From Felis catus (taxonomy: Eukaryota): DNA of 64,000 nucleotides. A model generated the notes under the pieces. It was not told the origin of the DNA. It saw nothing but the letters and a program-made list of their open reading frames with translations, and did not search any database. Numbering within the stretch: position 1 is the stretch's first letter; each line of letters starts with the position of its first letter. The DNA is taken from positions 101,494,001 to 101,558,000 of the forward strand of contig NC_058369.1 in NCBI RefSeq assembly GCF_018350175.1, given 5' to 3'. This document shows, one piece after another, positions 34,852 through 48,275 of this stretch. Made by a program: the position numbers and the translations under genes.

Positions 34852-36419
34852 GAATGATTCTGTTGTCTACTCATGTTTGAAAATGGGTCCACTTACTATT
34901 TTGAGAACTCAGGGCCTAAACCAACCTAAATTCTCCAGCTCTTTTAATCCCACTTCTGTTATATGGTCTCCCAGTCTGAGAAACGTCTTCCTAAGTCCAC
35001 TATTTGGTATAATTTTAGAGTCAGGCTTAACAAGAAACCATATTCTTCATGCTTTTCCTGCCAGCGTCTTCTGTTCTAGGATGTGTAAGTAGATGCATGG
35101 TCTATAGATCATCTGGCCCTATACAGAGAAGTAAGTATATGGTAGTTTCCTCCTCAGGAAGCCTTGTTGGGAGAGCTGGGTTTTTGTTTTTTTTTTTTTT
35201 TTTTTTTTTTGCTTTTTTTCTTTGATTGTTAGGCTCTCCCTATTGCCTTGTTCTCACTGGGGCTGATGTGCCTTCCGGTAAGGTGAAGAGAGAGAATCTT
35301 GATAGCAACAGGTAGGAGGTTTGCTTTATTAAGTGTGGAGGTGGGTGAGGTAGGGAAGTTCAGAAGACAAGGAATCAGATTGAGACAGGTTGATTGGAAT
35401 GAGGCAGCTACTCTGAGACGACTTTGCATAACAGAGCTGGTTGGTTAATATGTTTGTCTTTCTGTCCTAGTCTTTTAAGCCTTAAAAAAAAAAAAAGGAG
35501 CTGCTTGAGATTGGAACTTTTTTTTAATGTGTTGCAATTAGGCACATGTCCAAATGAATCCTAGTTTCACTAAGCCTGCCCGTAGAAACTACTGAGTTTA
35601 TTTGAAATCACTGAGTCATGAAGGTATAAATATATAGTGAGGGTTTACTAAACAAACCCTGATTTCAAGAATGTTAAATTTATGAAACTGAGCAATACTG
35701 TGGAATTAGGAAGTAATAAATTAGAAATATAAGTTTAAAGCACATAAACCATCTTCAATTTTCCTAACTTTAAGATGGCAAATAGTTATACTGTTTAACC
35801 AGTCATGAAATGAGTGAATCCTTCTTTACAAACTGAAAGAATTGTAGATTCTTTTGAACATTACAACTATTTTTAGAGACATTTTGTATCACAAATATAT
35901 TAGTATATATTCTAATGTAGTACTATGTTTTTTTAAAGAAGATATTGTAAAATTTATTAAATACACACCAGTGAACTTACAAATACAGCACTGAATACCA
36001 TAAGATAAATAAAAATATTTTAGCAGAAGTCCTTTGGAATCCCAACTACCATTCCTATTTCATGCCATTATCTTAAACTCACTGTAACTACATAGAACCC
36101 AGTAAAAATCTCTTCTCTGATTTCAAAGTCACTATTGACTCTTTGTCCTTTTGGTTCTACCCTTAACAAACTGCTCAGAAGTGTTTCCAAGTATTTTACA
36201 GCTGGTCTACCTCTTGCTTCCTTGTTACAGAAATCTTGTCCAAACTTGACATCAGAGCTGTGCTTATTGATCTCTCCTTAAGCCTTTTGTTCAACCTCTT
36301 TCACCTAGTCCTAAGCGCTATGAATAAATTTATTTCCTTTGACCAATCATGGTGCATCCTCTTCAGCTTCCTTTACAACGTCCTTTTGACAATGCCACGT
36401 TTGCAGTAATGCTTCAGTC

Positions 36420-36745
36420 AGAAAATAGCTATTTCCTAAGGACCTACCATGTGCATTCTTGGTACTGGTCACCATACTAAATGCTGGGAGTATTGTGACA
36501 AATAAAATAAACACATCACTGCCTTGGTGGAACTGTCAGTCTAGTGGGAACAACAGCTAATTAAACAAGCGAGTGTGTACAGGTAAATTTTGATTGCAAA
36601 TGTGTGAGGTGCTTTGGAGAGGAACAAGAACATACAGGAGTGTGGAAAGGGGGCATGGGTTAGGGAGGTGGAAGCTGAGATGTGAAGACTGAATAAATAT
36701 TAGCTGATTGAGGTGTGGGTTGAGAAACATTTCAGGCAAGGAATG
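36420..36745 (-). mobile_element. L2 3' fragment
   Basis: cctaccatgtgc...actgccttggtggaactgtcagtctagtggga...aagctgagatgtgaag. Confidence 0.7.
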
Positions 36746-37083
36746 GTCTTTGCCCTTTTCATCATCACTTTTCACCCTCTAATGAAGCAAATTCTCTTAC
36801 TGTTATCCATGCCACTCATGGTCATGAATGCTTCTTCCTTCTTAATAGGCTTTTCCTTTTCACCTTTCTGGTTTTGTGCTATTAGCCTGTTTTGGAGCTC
36901 CTGAGGTCCTAGTCTCAGGCTTTTAAAGTCTCATTTGCCCATTGCCTCCTCCCCTGTTACTCTCTTTTTTCCTTCCATTAACTCCGTTAATGTCATAGGT
37001 GGGATTTCTGTGGGAAAGCACAAGCCAGCAGTGAGCACCTTAGAAGTGATTTGTTAAAATTTTTTTTTTTTAAATAATTTAAA

Positions 37084-37305
37084 GGGGCGCCTGGGTGGCT
37101 CAGTCAGTTAAGCATCTGACTTCAGCTCAGGTCACAATCTCGCGGTCCGTGAGTTCGAGCCCCACATCAGGCTCTGAGCTGATGGCTCAGAGCCTGGAGC
37201 CTGCTTCCAATTCTGTGTCTCCCTCTCTCTCTGCCCCTCTCCTGTTCATGCTCTGTCTCTCTCTGTCTCAAAAATAAATAAACGTTAAAAAAAAATTTTT
37301 AAAAA
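37084..37305 (+). mobile_element. CAN-SINE (SINEC_Fc) with TSD aagtgatttgtt
   Basis: Full body; TSD at 37044-37055 and 37306-37317. Confidence 0.97.
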
Positions 37306-38083
37306 AAGTGATTTGTTGACATTGAACCCCTTCCCCTGAACACCTGGATTTCATTGTCTACAACCTCCCCTCCTCATCCTAGTGACATCAGAGCTTAAGG
37401 TGATGGAAAAATGTCTGTTCCCTAAAGGAAGTTTCGGGCTTTTTGTTTTGTTTTGTTTTTGCTTTAGAGCATTAAAGGGTATGCACGTTAACTGTGAGGT
37501 TGTATAATCTATAATTGTGTTCTATCTGTATATCTGGTACTTTATATTTTAGGTTTCTTGATTCAAGTTACTCAAAAGTTTCTATTTTTATAACCAGCAG
37601 TTGAGATGTTTAAGTACAGCATATTGGTATTCCCCATCACTAACACTGTGTTGTTTACTGTGAGGACAGATAAGCTTGCAGGTACATGTCGACAGAAACA
37701 ACTTCGTTGTACTAGTGCAGAGAGGCCAAAATGTGTTCTCCTGACACTGGTTCTTAGTTTTTACTGCAGTGCATTGGAATTGGACAGCTACTCAAACTGT
37801 TGCTTACAGCCAGGCCCTTTATTGAGCCATAACCAATTCTGTGGCAGAGAGACAGAAAACACAACTTCCTTCACTTGATTTTCCTTTTTTCTTTAAATGT
37901 GTGAATTTATTAAAATAACAAGAATATGGAATAAAGATTAATATATATGAGAACACTTATTAAAATGAAACTAGAATAAATTATAAAATAGAGTATTAAC
38001 CGGTAGTAGACATATCTTTAACTTCTATCACTTTATTGTTCTAAGAGGATAATCTATCTTATTTTTAAAATGTTTTATATTTA

Positions 38084-38290
38084 GGGGCATGTGGGTGGCT
38101 CAGTCAGTGAAGCGTCTCGATTTTGGCTCAGGTCATGATATCATTGTTTGTGGGATTGAGCCCCGTGTTGGACTCTGCGCTGGGCTGGACTCTATGCTGA
38201 GCTCAGCGTGGAGCCTGCTTGGGATTCTCTCTCTGCCCCTTTCCTGCTCGCAGGTGCGTGCTCTCTCTCTCTCTCTCTCAAACATTTTTT
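38084..38290 (+). mobile_element. Older CAN-SINE with an internal 17-nt duplication
   Basis: ggggcatgtgggtggctcagtcag head; ggactctgcgctgggct / ggactctatgctgagct. Confidence 0.93.
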
Positions 38291-38299
38291 TAAGTGTCT

Positions 38300-38795
38300 T
38301 ATATTTAATTGTGGTAAAATACACATAAATTTTACCATCTTAACGATTTTTAAACATACAGTTCAGTAAAGTACATTCAGAGTGTTGTTACTCTTTCTTT
38401 GCAAAACTCATACTCTCGTGCCTATTAAAACATCTTTCCATTCNNNNNNNNNNNNNNNNNNNNNNNNNNNNNNNNNNNNNNNNNNNNNNNNNNNNNNNNN
38501 NNNNNNNNNNNNNNNNNNNNNNNNNNNNNNNNNNNNNNNNNNNNNNNNNNNNNNNNNNNNNNNNNNNNNNNNNNNNNNNNNNNNNNNNNNNNNNNNNNNN
38601 NNNNNNNNNNNNNNNNNNNNNNNNNNNNNNNNNNNNNNNNNNTCCATTGTGTGCATGTATCATATTTTGTTTATCCATTCATCTGTTGATGGATGCTTGG
38701 GCTACGTCCACCTTTTGGCTCCAGTGAATGCTGCTGTTCTCAACATGAGTGTACAGATACTTCAAGACCCTGCTTTCAGTTCTTTTGAGAACTTA
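38300..38795 (-). mobile_element. L1MB-type 3' end spanning an N-gap
   Basis: ttaattgtggtaaaatacacataaattttaccatcttaac...tttatccattcatctgttgatgga...caagaccctgctttcagttcttttg. Confidence 0.85.
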
Positions 38796-38947
38796 CCTTA
38801 TTGAGCCCCAACCTTAACACAGAGACACGTACTCTCTACATATTTAAACAATGTGGGAAGGAAGGAGAGGAGGAGGGAGGGGACAGTCATTCCAAAAATT
38901 AGGCAGATGGTAATCTGTCAGCCATCTAAGGTTATCTAAGTCTGTTT

Positions 38948-39127
38948 CAGTGTTTCTCCAAGTGTTATTCATAAACTACCTGCATTAGAATCTCCTGGAA
39001 CGCTTGCTAAAACTTTTGACTCTTAAGTAAGTGTTTCATCAGAGTTCACAAGTCTGAATGTCTTGTGAGACTCAGGAATTTGCACCCCTGGTGATCCTTA
39101 CACACACTGAAATGTGAGACGTACTGC
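38948..39127. mobile_element. MER5A/B hAT-Charlie MITE
   Basis: cagtgtttctc...cctgcattagaatctcctgga..cttgctaaaa...ggtgatcctta..cactgaaatgtgaga..actg. Confidence 0.75.
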
Positions 39128-39247
39128 CCCACTGGGAGGGAGATGTCTCAGAATTTACCTGTGTTAATGCACGTCAAGGCTCTGCTCTCTGCCTGACTGC
39201 GGGGCACATTCATCCCCGGCTATCCCATGATGCACTTTCTTTTCCAC

Positions 39248-39249
<2 letters not shown>

Positions 39250-39290
<41 letters not shown>

Positions 39291-39297
39291 TATATAT
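39250..39297 (+). repeat. (CA)n(TA)n microsatellite
   Basis: Direct read. Confidence 0.97.
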
Positions 39298-41520
39298 AAG
39301 TTTCATAAATATAGCAAAAGGATGGCCAGGCCTGAGCTGGCAACCCTGAACTTTGATCTGGGCCCTTTTTCATTCAAGGCCCTTCTTCCTCAGGATGCTA
39401 AGTGGCGATTCACTGTGGCTGTCTGCCTGCTTCAGTAAGGGGCCAGTAAACAGGTTAGGACTTCCTCAGGCCTTGTGGTGTCTAGGTTTACCTGTGTTCT
39501 TAAAGGGACCACTTTTTTTTTCTTATGTGAATATTTTAAAGATAACACAGTGTATTGTGATCCTCAGGATAGTGATTTCACACATTTATGTTGTATAACC
39601 AAATGACAAGTGTGACATCTTCAATAAAACCAACCAGGTTCTTCTGCATTTTGAAATCAAACTCTTGGTCTTTATCCAGTTACCACATCATGCCACCTCA
39701 TCCTATCTGCCATGTGTAGCTTTGCTTCTAATTGTGATCTGTGATTTGCAAATGATTCTTTTAATACCAGCTTTTCTTCAAATAATGTTGATGTATTTTC
39801 AGAAATATTGTCTTCAGACTTTTGTGTGATATAAGACCATGTTTAATATTTGACTTCCATTAAAAGTNNNNNNNNNNNNNNNNNNNNNNNNNNNNNNNNN
39901 NNNNNNNNNNNNNNNNNNNNNNNNNNNNNNNNNNNNNNNNNNNNNNNNNNNNNNNNNNNNNNNNNNNNNNNNNNNNNNNNNNNNNNNNNNNNNNNNNNNN
40001 NNNNNNNNNNNNNNNNNNNNNTAGTGGAGGCAAAGCCCTATTAATGAAATTTGGTTTTGTTACAGCTGGCCACCTTTTTCACAGGGTGCTCCATAAAACT
40101 TTCTATTCCTTAACAACTGGGGACTCCCATAATTTTTAGTTTTTGGCTTGTTTCTACAGCCAGTTTTTGTGATTTGCATTTGCTGGAGTTGTAATTCCTT
40201 CCAGAATGTAAATGCTGTGAGCCTGGGGACAGGACTGCACTAGTTCACATGGTGGCCAGCATGATATATGTACACAGCACGTGTTTAACAAATATTTCTT
40301 GATTGAATGAAACTTGAAGCTGATTAGATTTCATATACCGCTCTTATTGTTTCTGCTAGGAAGTTTCTTTGCAGTTTTCTATTAGACTAAAACCCTTCTA
40401 TCAGTCTGAGAACTCCATTTCAAGAGATTGAAAAGCTTACCAATCTAATATCTCTGATTGGGCCAATTGATGCTACGTTTGAAACATACATTGGATCTCA
40501 CGGGATCACTTATTTTTCTATGTTGAAAACGGACTGTAGAGAACCCCTGACACCCACCAGTAATTTCACAAATTTATTCTGTTGGTTGGTAAGGAGACTG
40601 AACACTCTGACTGTGAGTGACATGATGTCAATACGTCTCCTACCTAGGGTGCATTATTAGTGATAGATCAATGCCATCATTTTACCTACAACAGGCATCG
40701 CATTTGAGTCTGTGTCTCAGGATACCAGATAACCTAGTAGAGTGAGCCTACCCTTTTCTATTTACAAATTTTGGCCTCAGGCCATACACACTGAAAATCC
40801 TTTTTGTGTCAGTCCTGTTTGTTTTCACAGAGCCTATAGAACCTGTTGTCAGTGGAAGGCTCAGAGCAGCCCTTTGTAGAGCTTTCTTTCAACAACATTT
40901 TGCCATCCAGAGTCAGGAATGGTCAACCGAACTTACTCTTGTAGTATATAAGTATATTCACATTGAGGAAAGAGAGTAATAAAAATCCTTTGAAGGCAGA
41001 TTTGTACAGCATAATGCAATACTGTACAAAATTAATTGGGGGTAGGATGGGGTGGGGCTTTTGCATCTCTAGTCTTCCAGTCCAAAAGTAAGAATACATG
41101 GGTTTAACTGTTGAACATAGTGTTACAGCTTAATTGATGTTTCTGGTTGCTTTGAGATCTTCCAGAAAAATTATTACCCATAGCTACAACGTAACAAGAC
41201 TCAGACCTAAAGATATCTGTGAAATCCCAGGAAAAGTTAATTAAGAGCAGGCCAGTAGGACTGATCAGTGGGTCCAACCTCAGATTTGCTGATATTTTTA
41301 CTTCCCTGAGTAAATGTATTTCAGTACTCAGTGTGACCTTAAGTTCTTAAAGTAGTAAGCAAGATTTTAGCTGTGTGATTTTAATGGCAGCCAGAAGATT
41401 AAAATCTAACATGATGCCTAAAAGTAGTATACAAATATATATTAAGATCCACACTAATGTTGTGAAAAGTAGATTGTTCTGTTGAACCCTTAATTTTTTT
41501 TCATATTTTAACAAGCATTC

Positions 41521-41722
41521 GGGGGTGCCTGGGTGGCTGAGTCAGTTAAGCATCTGACTTCAGCCCCGTCATGATCTCACAGTTGGTGGGTTCGAGCCCT
41601 GCTTAGGGTCCTGTGCTGACAGCTCTGAGCCTGAAGCCTGCTTTGGATTCTGTGTCTCCCTGTCCCTCCCTTGCTCATGCTCTGTCTCTCCAAAATAAAT
41701 AAACATTTTTTAAAAATTTAAG
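41521..41722 (+). mobile_element. CAN-SINE with TSD tattttaacaagcatt
   Basis: TSD at 41504-41519 and 41723-41738. Confidence 0.97.
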
Positions 41723-42539
41723 TATTTTAACAAGCATTTAGAATTCATTTTTTATCAGCCATTACTATGTGTGTAGAACTGTCTTTCTTATCTGTTCCCC
41801 TCACCACACCCTCCACAGTCAAATAAACAGATGTTTATTGACTTCTGTTATCAGAATGATGCCAAGTGAATTTGGGGCATAATAATTTTGGTAAGATGTT
41901 CTTGGTGTCCTCTTAATTTGCTCTTCTTTAATTCCTAGTCAGCTTGAACCCTTTGCCATTTTGGTTTGCTAACTTCGTTCTTCCCTCTGTGGCTTAGCCG
42001 ATTGCTCTTCTTGATTCTCCCCCCCCCCCCCCCTTGGGGTTAGAACAGTTGTCATCAGAATCCTGACCTAACAGCAGTGGGCTCCTGGGCAGGGCATGTC
42101 TTGAGCAATTAGTACTTGTGCTTTCTTCCATTCTTCATTATAGTGGAAAACAAGGAGCAAAAGGATAGTATTGGAAAACATGGAAGGGAAAACTAATCCA
42201 AACTGGAGGAGATGCCAGTGTGAAGTGTATTAGGCAGACTTGGAGAACTCAAGTTTTGATAAGTAATGGGAGGCAGCGTGAGATTATGTAATGATCTGGC
42301 ATTGTCAGCGGACTTGGATTCCAACACTGGGCCTGCCATTCTTACGTGGATATAATAAAGCCTACCTCACAACACTGCCAAGAGCACTAAATGAGATTAC
42401 ACATGAGGCTTCTCCTATCCTCTCTCCTCTGGGGCGGGTAACGACAACAGCTATGTGACAAGGGCAGAAGCACAGAGGACTATGCTTAAGACGAAACCTT
42501 TATCTTTCCCAACTCTACTCCCCGCCCCGGCTTCTTTGC

Positions 42540-42730
42540 AGTTAGCATTTAACATGTTCTCTCGTTTTCATCTTTGTAGCAGCCTTACTATGTACCATTC
42601 CCATTTTTCTGATGAGGAAATTGAGGCTCTGAGAAGTTAAGTACCTTGCACAAGGTCATGGATTTGGTAAAGGATTAGGGTCGAGTTCTGTCAGATTCCA
42701 AAGCCATTCCCTTGACACACCGGGCTGCCT
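42540..42730 (-). mobile_element. MIR SINE
   Basis: cccatttttctgatgaggaaattgaggctctgagaagttaagtaccttgcacaaggtca. Confidence 0.85.
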
Positions 42731-43229
42731 CGTATAATGAGTGTGTGACTGAAGAATGAAAAGGAGCTAATGGAGTGGCCATTCCACTGTTCTTTCCACT
42801 ACTTCACTTGGTGAATGACTAATAAGCAAACACTCCCAGAGGGTATTTGCATTTTAAAAGAGGAGCTCATTAACCCTAATGAATCTCTAATTGGCGGAAT
42901 ATGTGGGGGAGATATTTCTGATCACTGGGGCTTTCTCCTGTGTCTTCAAGGTGCCTGGCTCTCCTGTTCTCCTCTATGGATTATCAACTCTTCTGGAATC
43001 AGAAGTATGTAGTAGAATGCAGACACATCCTGCTAGTCCGCCCCAAATGCCATTGGATAAACTGACAAGGGGGTTGTGAAAAGATAGCGAAAAGAAAATA
43101 AGTGTAGGTTAGCACTGTGGAAAATGACTCTTTGAAAGCTGAATAACAAGTTTGGCAATTTTGAGTCTACTGAAGAGTCAGGTAAGAATGATATATTCCC
43201 TAACCAGTTTTAACTTTAGAAATGTTCTA

Positions 43230-43505
43230 TCAGCATTTCCCATGGTGTGTTCATAGACCCCTGTGAAATGTTTAATAGGTATCAGTGAATACAATGCTCC
43301 ATAGTCAAATACATTGTGAAAAAAAGTTGTAAAGTTCTTTACTGAAGAATTTCTCACAGGCTTTAATATGTTAAAGTGCATTGGAAATCAACTGGAAGGG
43401 AACGCATTCTGCAGATTTTTCTCATACTTTTGACCATAGAAATATTTCTTCCATGTGAACCCCTCGAAACTAGTGTTTTGTAGACTGCATTCTCAGATAA
43501 GCAGT
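43230..43505 (-). mobile_element. MER103-like hAT-Charlie element
   Basis: cagcatttcccatggtgtgttc...ttctttactgaagaatttctcacaggctttaatatgttaaagtgcattg...aactagtgttt. Confidence 0.65.
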
Positions 43506-44336
43506 TCTAGATAATTCTTTTCTGGTTAAAAGAAAGAAAATAGTTTTCTGTATTCACAGCTTTTCATATTTAGGTAGGCTCCAGCCCTGTCCTCATCAGC
43601 CCATTCCCAGTCCTTTTAGACCCTAGGGTCTTCCAGCAGGTACACCTCTCTTCTTCAGATAAGATCTAACCAATTGAGGGGGGGCAAACCCCAACAAGTA
43701 GAGACCAAATTCTCACTTTTATTGCCTACTGAGTTGATGTTAAAGATCTGTCAAGGACCAGATAGGTTTCTGAACCCCAAAATGAGCTTGAGCCCATCCA
43801 GTTGCAGGAAATGGTGGGCTGGAGCAGGTTTCCCCAGGTGGGAGGAGGTCCCTGTGGAGGGTCAGAGCAGACAGAACCACATGCTGCCTGGAGTCCTCTC
43901 ATTCTCAACAGAAGGGGAAGAGGAATGGGCAGAATCACATGCACAAGGTCCCCAAATTACCAAGCGATGGATGGGATGGTGGAGGGAGGCCTGGGGTTAA
44001 TGTTACTAGATTTTCTTCCACATTCAAGGAGGCCTAAGAGGAAGGATACTCCCCCACCCCCTCTCCTGCCAAAACAAGTGTCCTCTGGGTAACCCAAATA
44101 GGCATTGGGGTTCCCCTTCCGTCACTGGGGATTTCTCTCCTTTTATCCTGCTCTTTATACCTAGTGCTCACTCTTGACCACCATTTCTCCTCTCCTTTGA
44201 CCCAATTCACCCAGTAGAATAGGATCATGATGATACCCTAATGACCATCCCCTGTCTCCTCCTATAACTAAAACCTAATTCAGCCTTTTATCCTAGAAAA
44301 GGTAGAATACATATAGTCTCTAAATAGGGATCTGGA

Positions 44337-44453
44337 GGGACACCTGGCTGACTCAGTTGGTAGAGCCTGCAACTCTTGAGCTCAGGGTCATGAGTTTGAG
44401 CCCCATGTTGGGCATTGAGATTATTTAATAAAAAAATAAATAAAAATAATAAA
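44337..44453 (+). mobile_element. Short tRNA-Lys-derived CAN-SINE (no CT tract)
   Basis: gggacacctggctgactcagttggtagagc...ctcagggtcatgagtttgagccccatgttggg followed by an A tail. Confidence 0.85.
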
Positions 44454-44457
44454 CCCC

Positions 44458-44663
44458 CAGAGATTAGGAAACTACAGCTTGAAACTTGTTTTTGTAAATA
44501 AAATTTTATTGGAACATAGCCACATTTGTTACTTTATATATTGTCTCTGACAGTTCTCAGCCACAAGGGTAGAGTTGAGAATTTTGTGACAGAAACAGTA
44601 GGGCCCACAAAGTCTAAAATGTTTGCTGTCTAGGACTTTAAGTGGAAAAACTTGCCAATATCT
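44458..44663. mobile_element. MER58A-like hAT-Charlie element
   Basis: gtttttgtaaataaaattttattggaacatagccac...gagttgag..ttgtgacagaaac...ggcccacaaagtctaaaat. Confidence 0.85.
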
Positions 44664-45129
44664 AATCTAAAATATGAATGATTTTCACTTCAGCCCTTTG
44701 AGTTCCAAAAGGGCTTCCTTAGTGTGTATATTTAGGCTTTATTATTTATTCTAAATAACAACTACATTTTAAACCAAGAAAATTGCACGGTTGTAGTATA
44801 AGAGGGATTTTGCCTTTTGTGAAAGTGTTTCCAGCCTTAGAAACTTCTGGAAAAACATCAGGGGGACTGTGTTTGCTTTGAAGGATGGGAAGGAAGGAGA
44901 GAGGCATCATCAATGGGAAGGGAAGAGAACAGATAATCTATGGGGCTTATGGAAGAAGAAAAGAGTAGAGAGAAGTGTTTAGGGGCCCAGCGGGTTAGAC
45001 CAGCACAAGATCCTGTGTTCAAAGCTCCCTTTCACATCCTTGGGCTCTTCTCTTCACTGTTCTGTAACTCAGATTTGATTCCTCCCACCTTGGCCCACAT
45101 CCATTAGAACCTCCCACCAGACCACAGAA

Positions 45130-45375
45130 ACCCTAGAGGTGTCAGAAGGATTCTAGGTCCCACTGTGACTGCCTTCTACTTGGGAGACTTTGGGCAAGTA
45201 ACTGAGTGCCTCTGCCCCTTAGGGTTCATTCTCCCTAAACTGGGGAGACAGAGGGTGGATGGGGAGGATGTCTTACCTCACCATAGTGAGAATCAAATGT
45301 GGTACTGTAAAAAAACAAAACAAAACAAAACAAAAAACCTTGGAAATGTAAAGTTCTGTGAACATGTTGGTTGTT
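45130..45375 (+). mobile_element. MIR SINE
   Basis: gactttgggcaagtaactgagtgcctctg...acctcaccatagtgagaatcaaatg. Confidence 0.7.
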
Positions 45376-46504
45376 TGTTCTTTTTAAACAGCTGACTCGC
45401 AAATGAAAACTTGTAATCTATCCAGTGTATAAATTAGAGTTAACTGACAATTTGAAAACTAAAATACCTTATATCCCGTTTGTCACATGCATCTTTATTT
45501 ATTGTTGAAGTATCTAACTTTCATGTAGGTTATAAAAAATTAGAGAAAATAACTGAATTTTTCTCATGATAAAGTAATTCTTCAATGAGAAGAAAAAAAC
45601 CTTCAAAAATCATATTTCATTGTGACCTGTTCTTTTCCATTTGTTTGTGTAGTTTTCATTCTGTGCCTTTGTTTATAGAGAATAATCTTGCAGATGGCAT
45701 TTTTCCTTGTAATCAGTTATTGTCCTATCTGAGTCATCGCCAGACATGGCATTTCAGTAAATAGTGATTCTACAATCGCTTCCAGGCAGATGTGTTGTGT
45801 GATGTCAGGAACACTGACTGATAACCTTTCTGGTTATTCAAGCAGTAGGGAGAAATGGAGAAAGCTTTGTGCAGATACCCAGCTTGAAGTCAGAAAATGG
45901 CAAAGGAAGTACAGACTTTGTGTCAAATGATTTTAGCCAAAAAGTGTTTGTGTGGCTATGGGATAGAGCAGTAATCATTTTAAAAGGGAAAAACTCTTGC
46001 ATAAATGACCTTTAATATTGGATGATGCATATAATAAGCATCAGGCATGTGAGTTATTAAACATACTTTGACCTCAATGTGCAGACCTTTGCATTACCTT
46101 TGCTGCTTCACGCCGCTAGCCAAGGAAATGAAACTCCCCATGCATTGGTTTTGCCACCTGTAAACTGGAGGTTGATTATCTTGTCCCTAACTTTCAGAGA
46201 GAAGATAGATTTCTTAAAAAAAAAAAAAAAAGCTCTTCGAGATAAATGGTCAGTTTAAACAATCACTTGAAAAGTCAATCAAAATGGTTTGACATGCTAG
46301 GTCACAAAAGTAGGTTGATGTAATTGGTCACTTAATAGCTATTATCTTTATTATCCAATAGATACAACCCAAAAGTTCCTAATGCTTTGGTTTCAGTAGT
46401 ATTTTTTATTTATAAATCATTGTTTTTAAAATCTAATAAGTTATACCACAATTATAGATCCCTAGAAGCAATACACTGTAGTGGTATTTAATACAGTTGT
46501 CTTT

Positions 46505-46702
46505 GAGGTGAGCATCTGACTCCCGATTTTGGCTCCAGTCATGATCTCACAGTTGAGGAGATCAAGCCCCACATCAGGCTCTGTGCTGACAGGGTGGAGC
46601 CTGCTTGGGATTCTCTCTCTCCCTCTCTGCCTCCCCAGCTCTGCTCACGTGCTTGGGATCTGTCTCTCAAAATACATAAACTTTTTAAAAAATGTTTAAA
46701 AA
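46505..46702 (+). mobile_element. CAN-SINE lacking its A-box segment, TSD aatacagttg(t/c)cttt
   Basis: gaggtg|agcatctgactc (ctgggtggctcagtcggtt missing); CT tract; TSD on both sides. Confidence 0.9.
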
Positions 46703-48275
46703 AATACAGTTGCCTTTTAAGTTTCACAAATATGTGTAGAAGGACCTTAACTGTATGCTCAAATATAGCTTTTATCACATGCCACCTATATTTTATCTCA
46801 GTTTTATGGACTAGAAACTATAAGGAGAAGTTCACTAATTTATTCAGCTAGTATTTATTGAATACCTATTATGTGCTAGGTCTTGCCCAATGATAATGTT
46901 GCACATAGCTGAGAACGGAGCTTATAAACTGGAATATGCATCGATATGCTTGCATTTTAAACATTTGGTGGGGAGGAAAATTACTTTATCTTAAGTAAAT
47001 AAAATACCAATTTAATGCTTCACGATGTTAGAATTTGACAGGCTAATTCTTTAAAATTTCAGTGAGGCTCTTCCCTGATTATCACCATTGGTATGCTAAA
47101 CTTTTGTGTTTCATAAAAAAAAAAACAAAAAAAACTTAAGCTCAGCCAGGACTTGCATACTTTGTTATCTCCAATCAAGACTTGTGACCTTCCTTATTAA
47201 CAAATTCTTAACCTTTAATGTTGGCCACATCATCATCTATGAATCTTACAATCTTCCTTGTTGTGGGCATTCCTGAGCTGGCTTAATTTTACAGGAAGAG
47301 CAGTTTACAAATTACTAAACCAACCTCTCACTTTGCATTAAATAAGTAGGCTAATTGTTTCTTTCCCTACCATGTTGTAATCACAGATCATTAGATATAG
47401 TTAATATATTAAAATAAGTCATTAATAAAATTATGCTTATACTTAACCTATGTTTGTGTCTGTCCTATGTCCTTGGAGCCAGCCTATTACCAACTTCATT
47501 TTGTAATATAAGCCACCCAGGCATCAGCCTTAGGAATCAAAGTATTAACTGAAGGCTAATTTATGAATTTGTTCATTGTTCTTTCCTTCTGTGAAGATTG
47601 TGTGACATTTGGTTAATTATTACATGCAAATATCCATATCTACTTGGAGGCAAATCTACAGACACACAAGTAAACACTTATAAATAGTTAACCTTATTAA
47701 AAAAAATAATATGGAGGACAGTTCCTATTATAGAGACTTTTAATTTGAAAGTAACTTGCCTTATTTTCCTTAAGTCATAAACTCTCCTCACTTATTTGAA
47801 ATATGACTTGATTTACAAAATACGAATTCACTTGATTTTTCCAGAGTAAACCTATATCAAAGCAGGATACATCTCTNNNNNNNNNNNNNNNNNNNNNNNN
47901 NNNNNNNNNNNNNNNNNNNNNNNNNNNNNNNNNNNNNNNNNNNNNNNNNNNNNNNNNNNNNNNNNNNNNNNNNNNNNNNNNNNNNNNNNNNNNNNNNNNN
48001 NNNNNNNNNNNNNNNNNNNNNNNNNNNNNNNNNNNNNNNNNNNNNNNNNNNNNNNNNNNNNNNNNNNNNNNNNNNNNNNNNNNNNNNNNNNNNNACCTCT
48101 ATAAAATTACTGTGCTTAAAAATTAAATTACTTTAAAACAAAGGAAACAGTGGTTGCTTCCATAGTGTGAAACATACGGCAACAAAAGATATTTTAAATA
48201 AATTGAAGACACTTGGCCTCAATGGTATGGTAAAGGTGTTTTGTTTTTTTTTCTTTTTTTCTTTTCACTTCATAG

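Noticed and set aside
40588-40644. Branched hairpin ggtaaggagac...gtctcctacc
   Set aside because: Too short and irregular for a pre-miRNA and no ncRNA motif
44337-44420. tRNA-Lys gene
   Set aside because: Degenerate body with an A-rich tail; a short CAN-SINE
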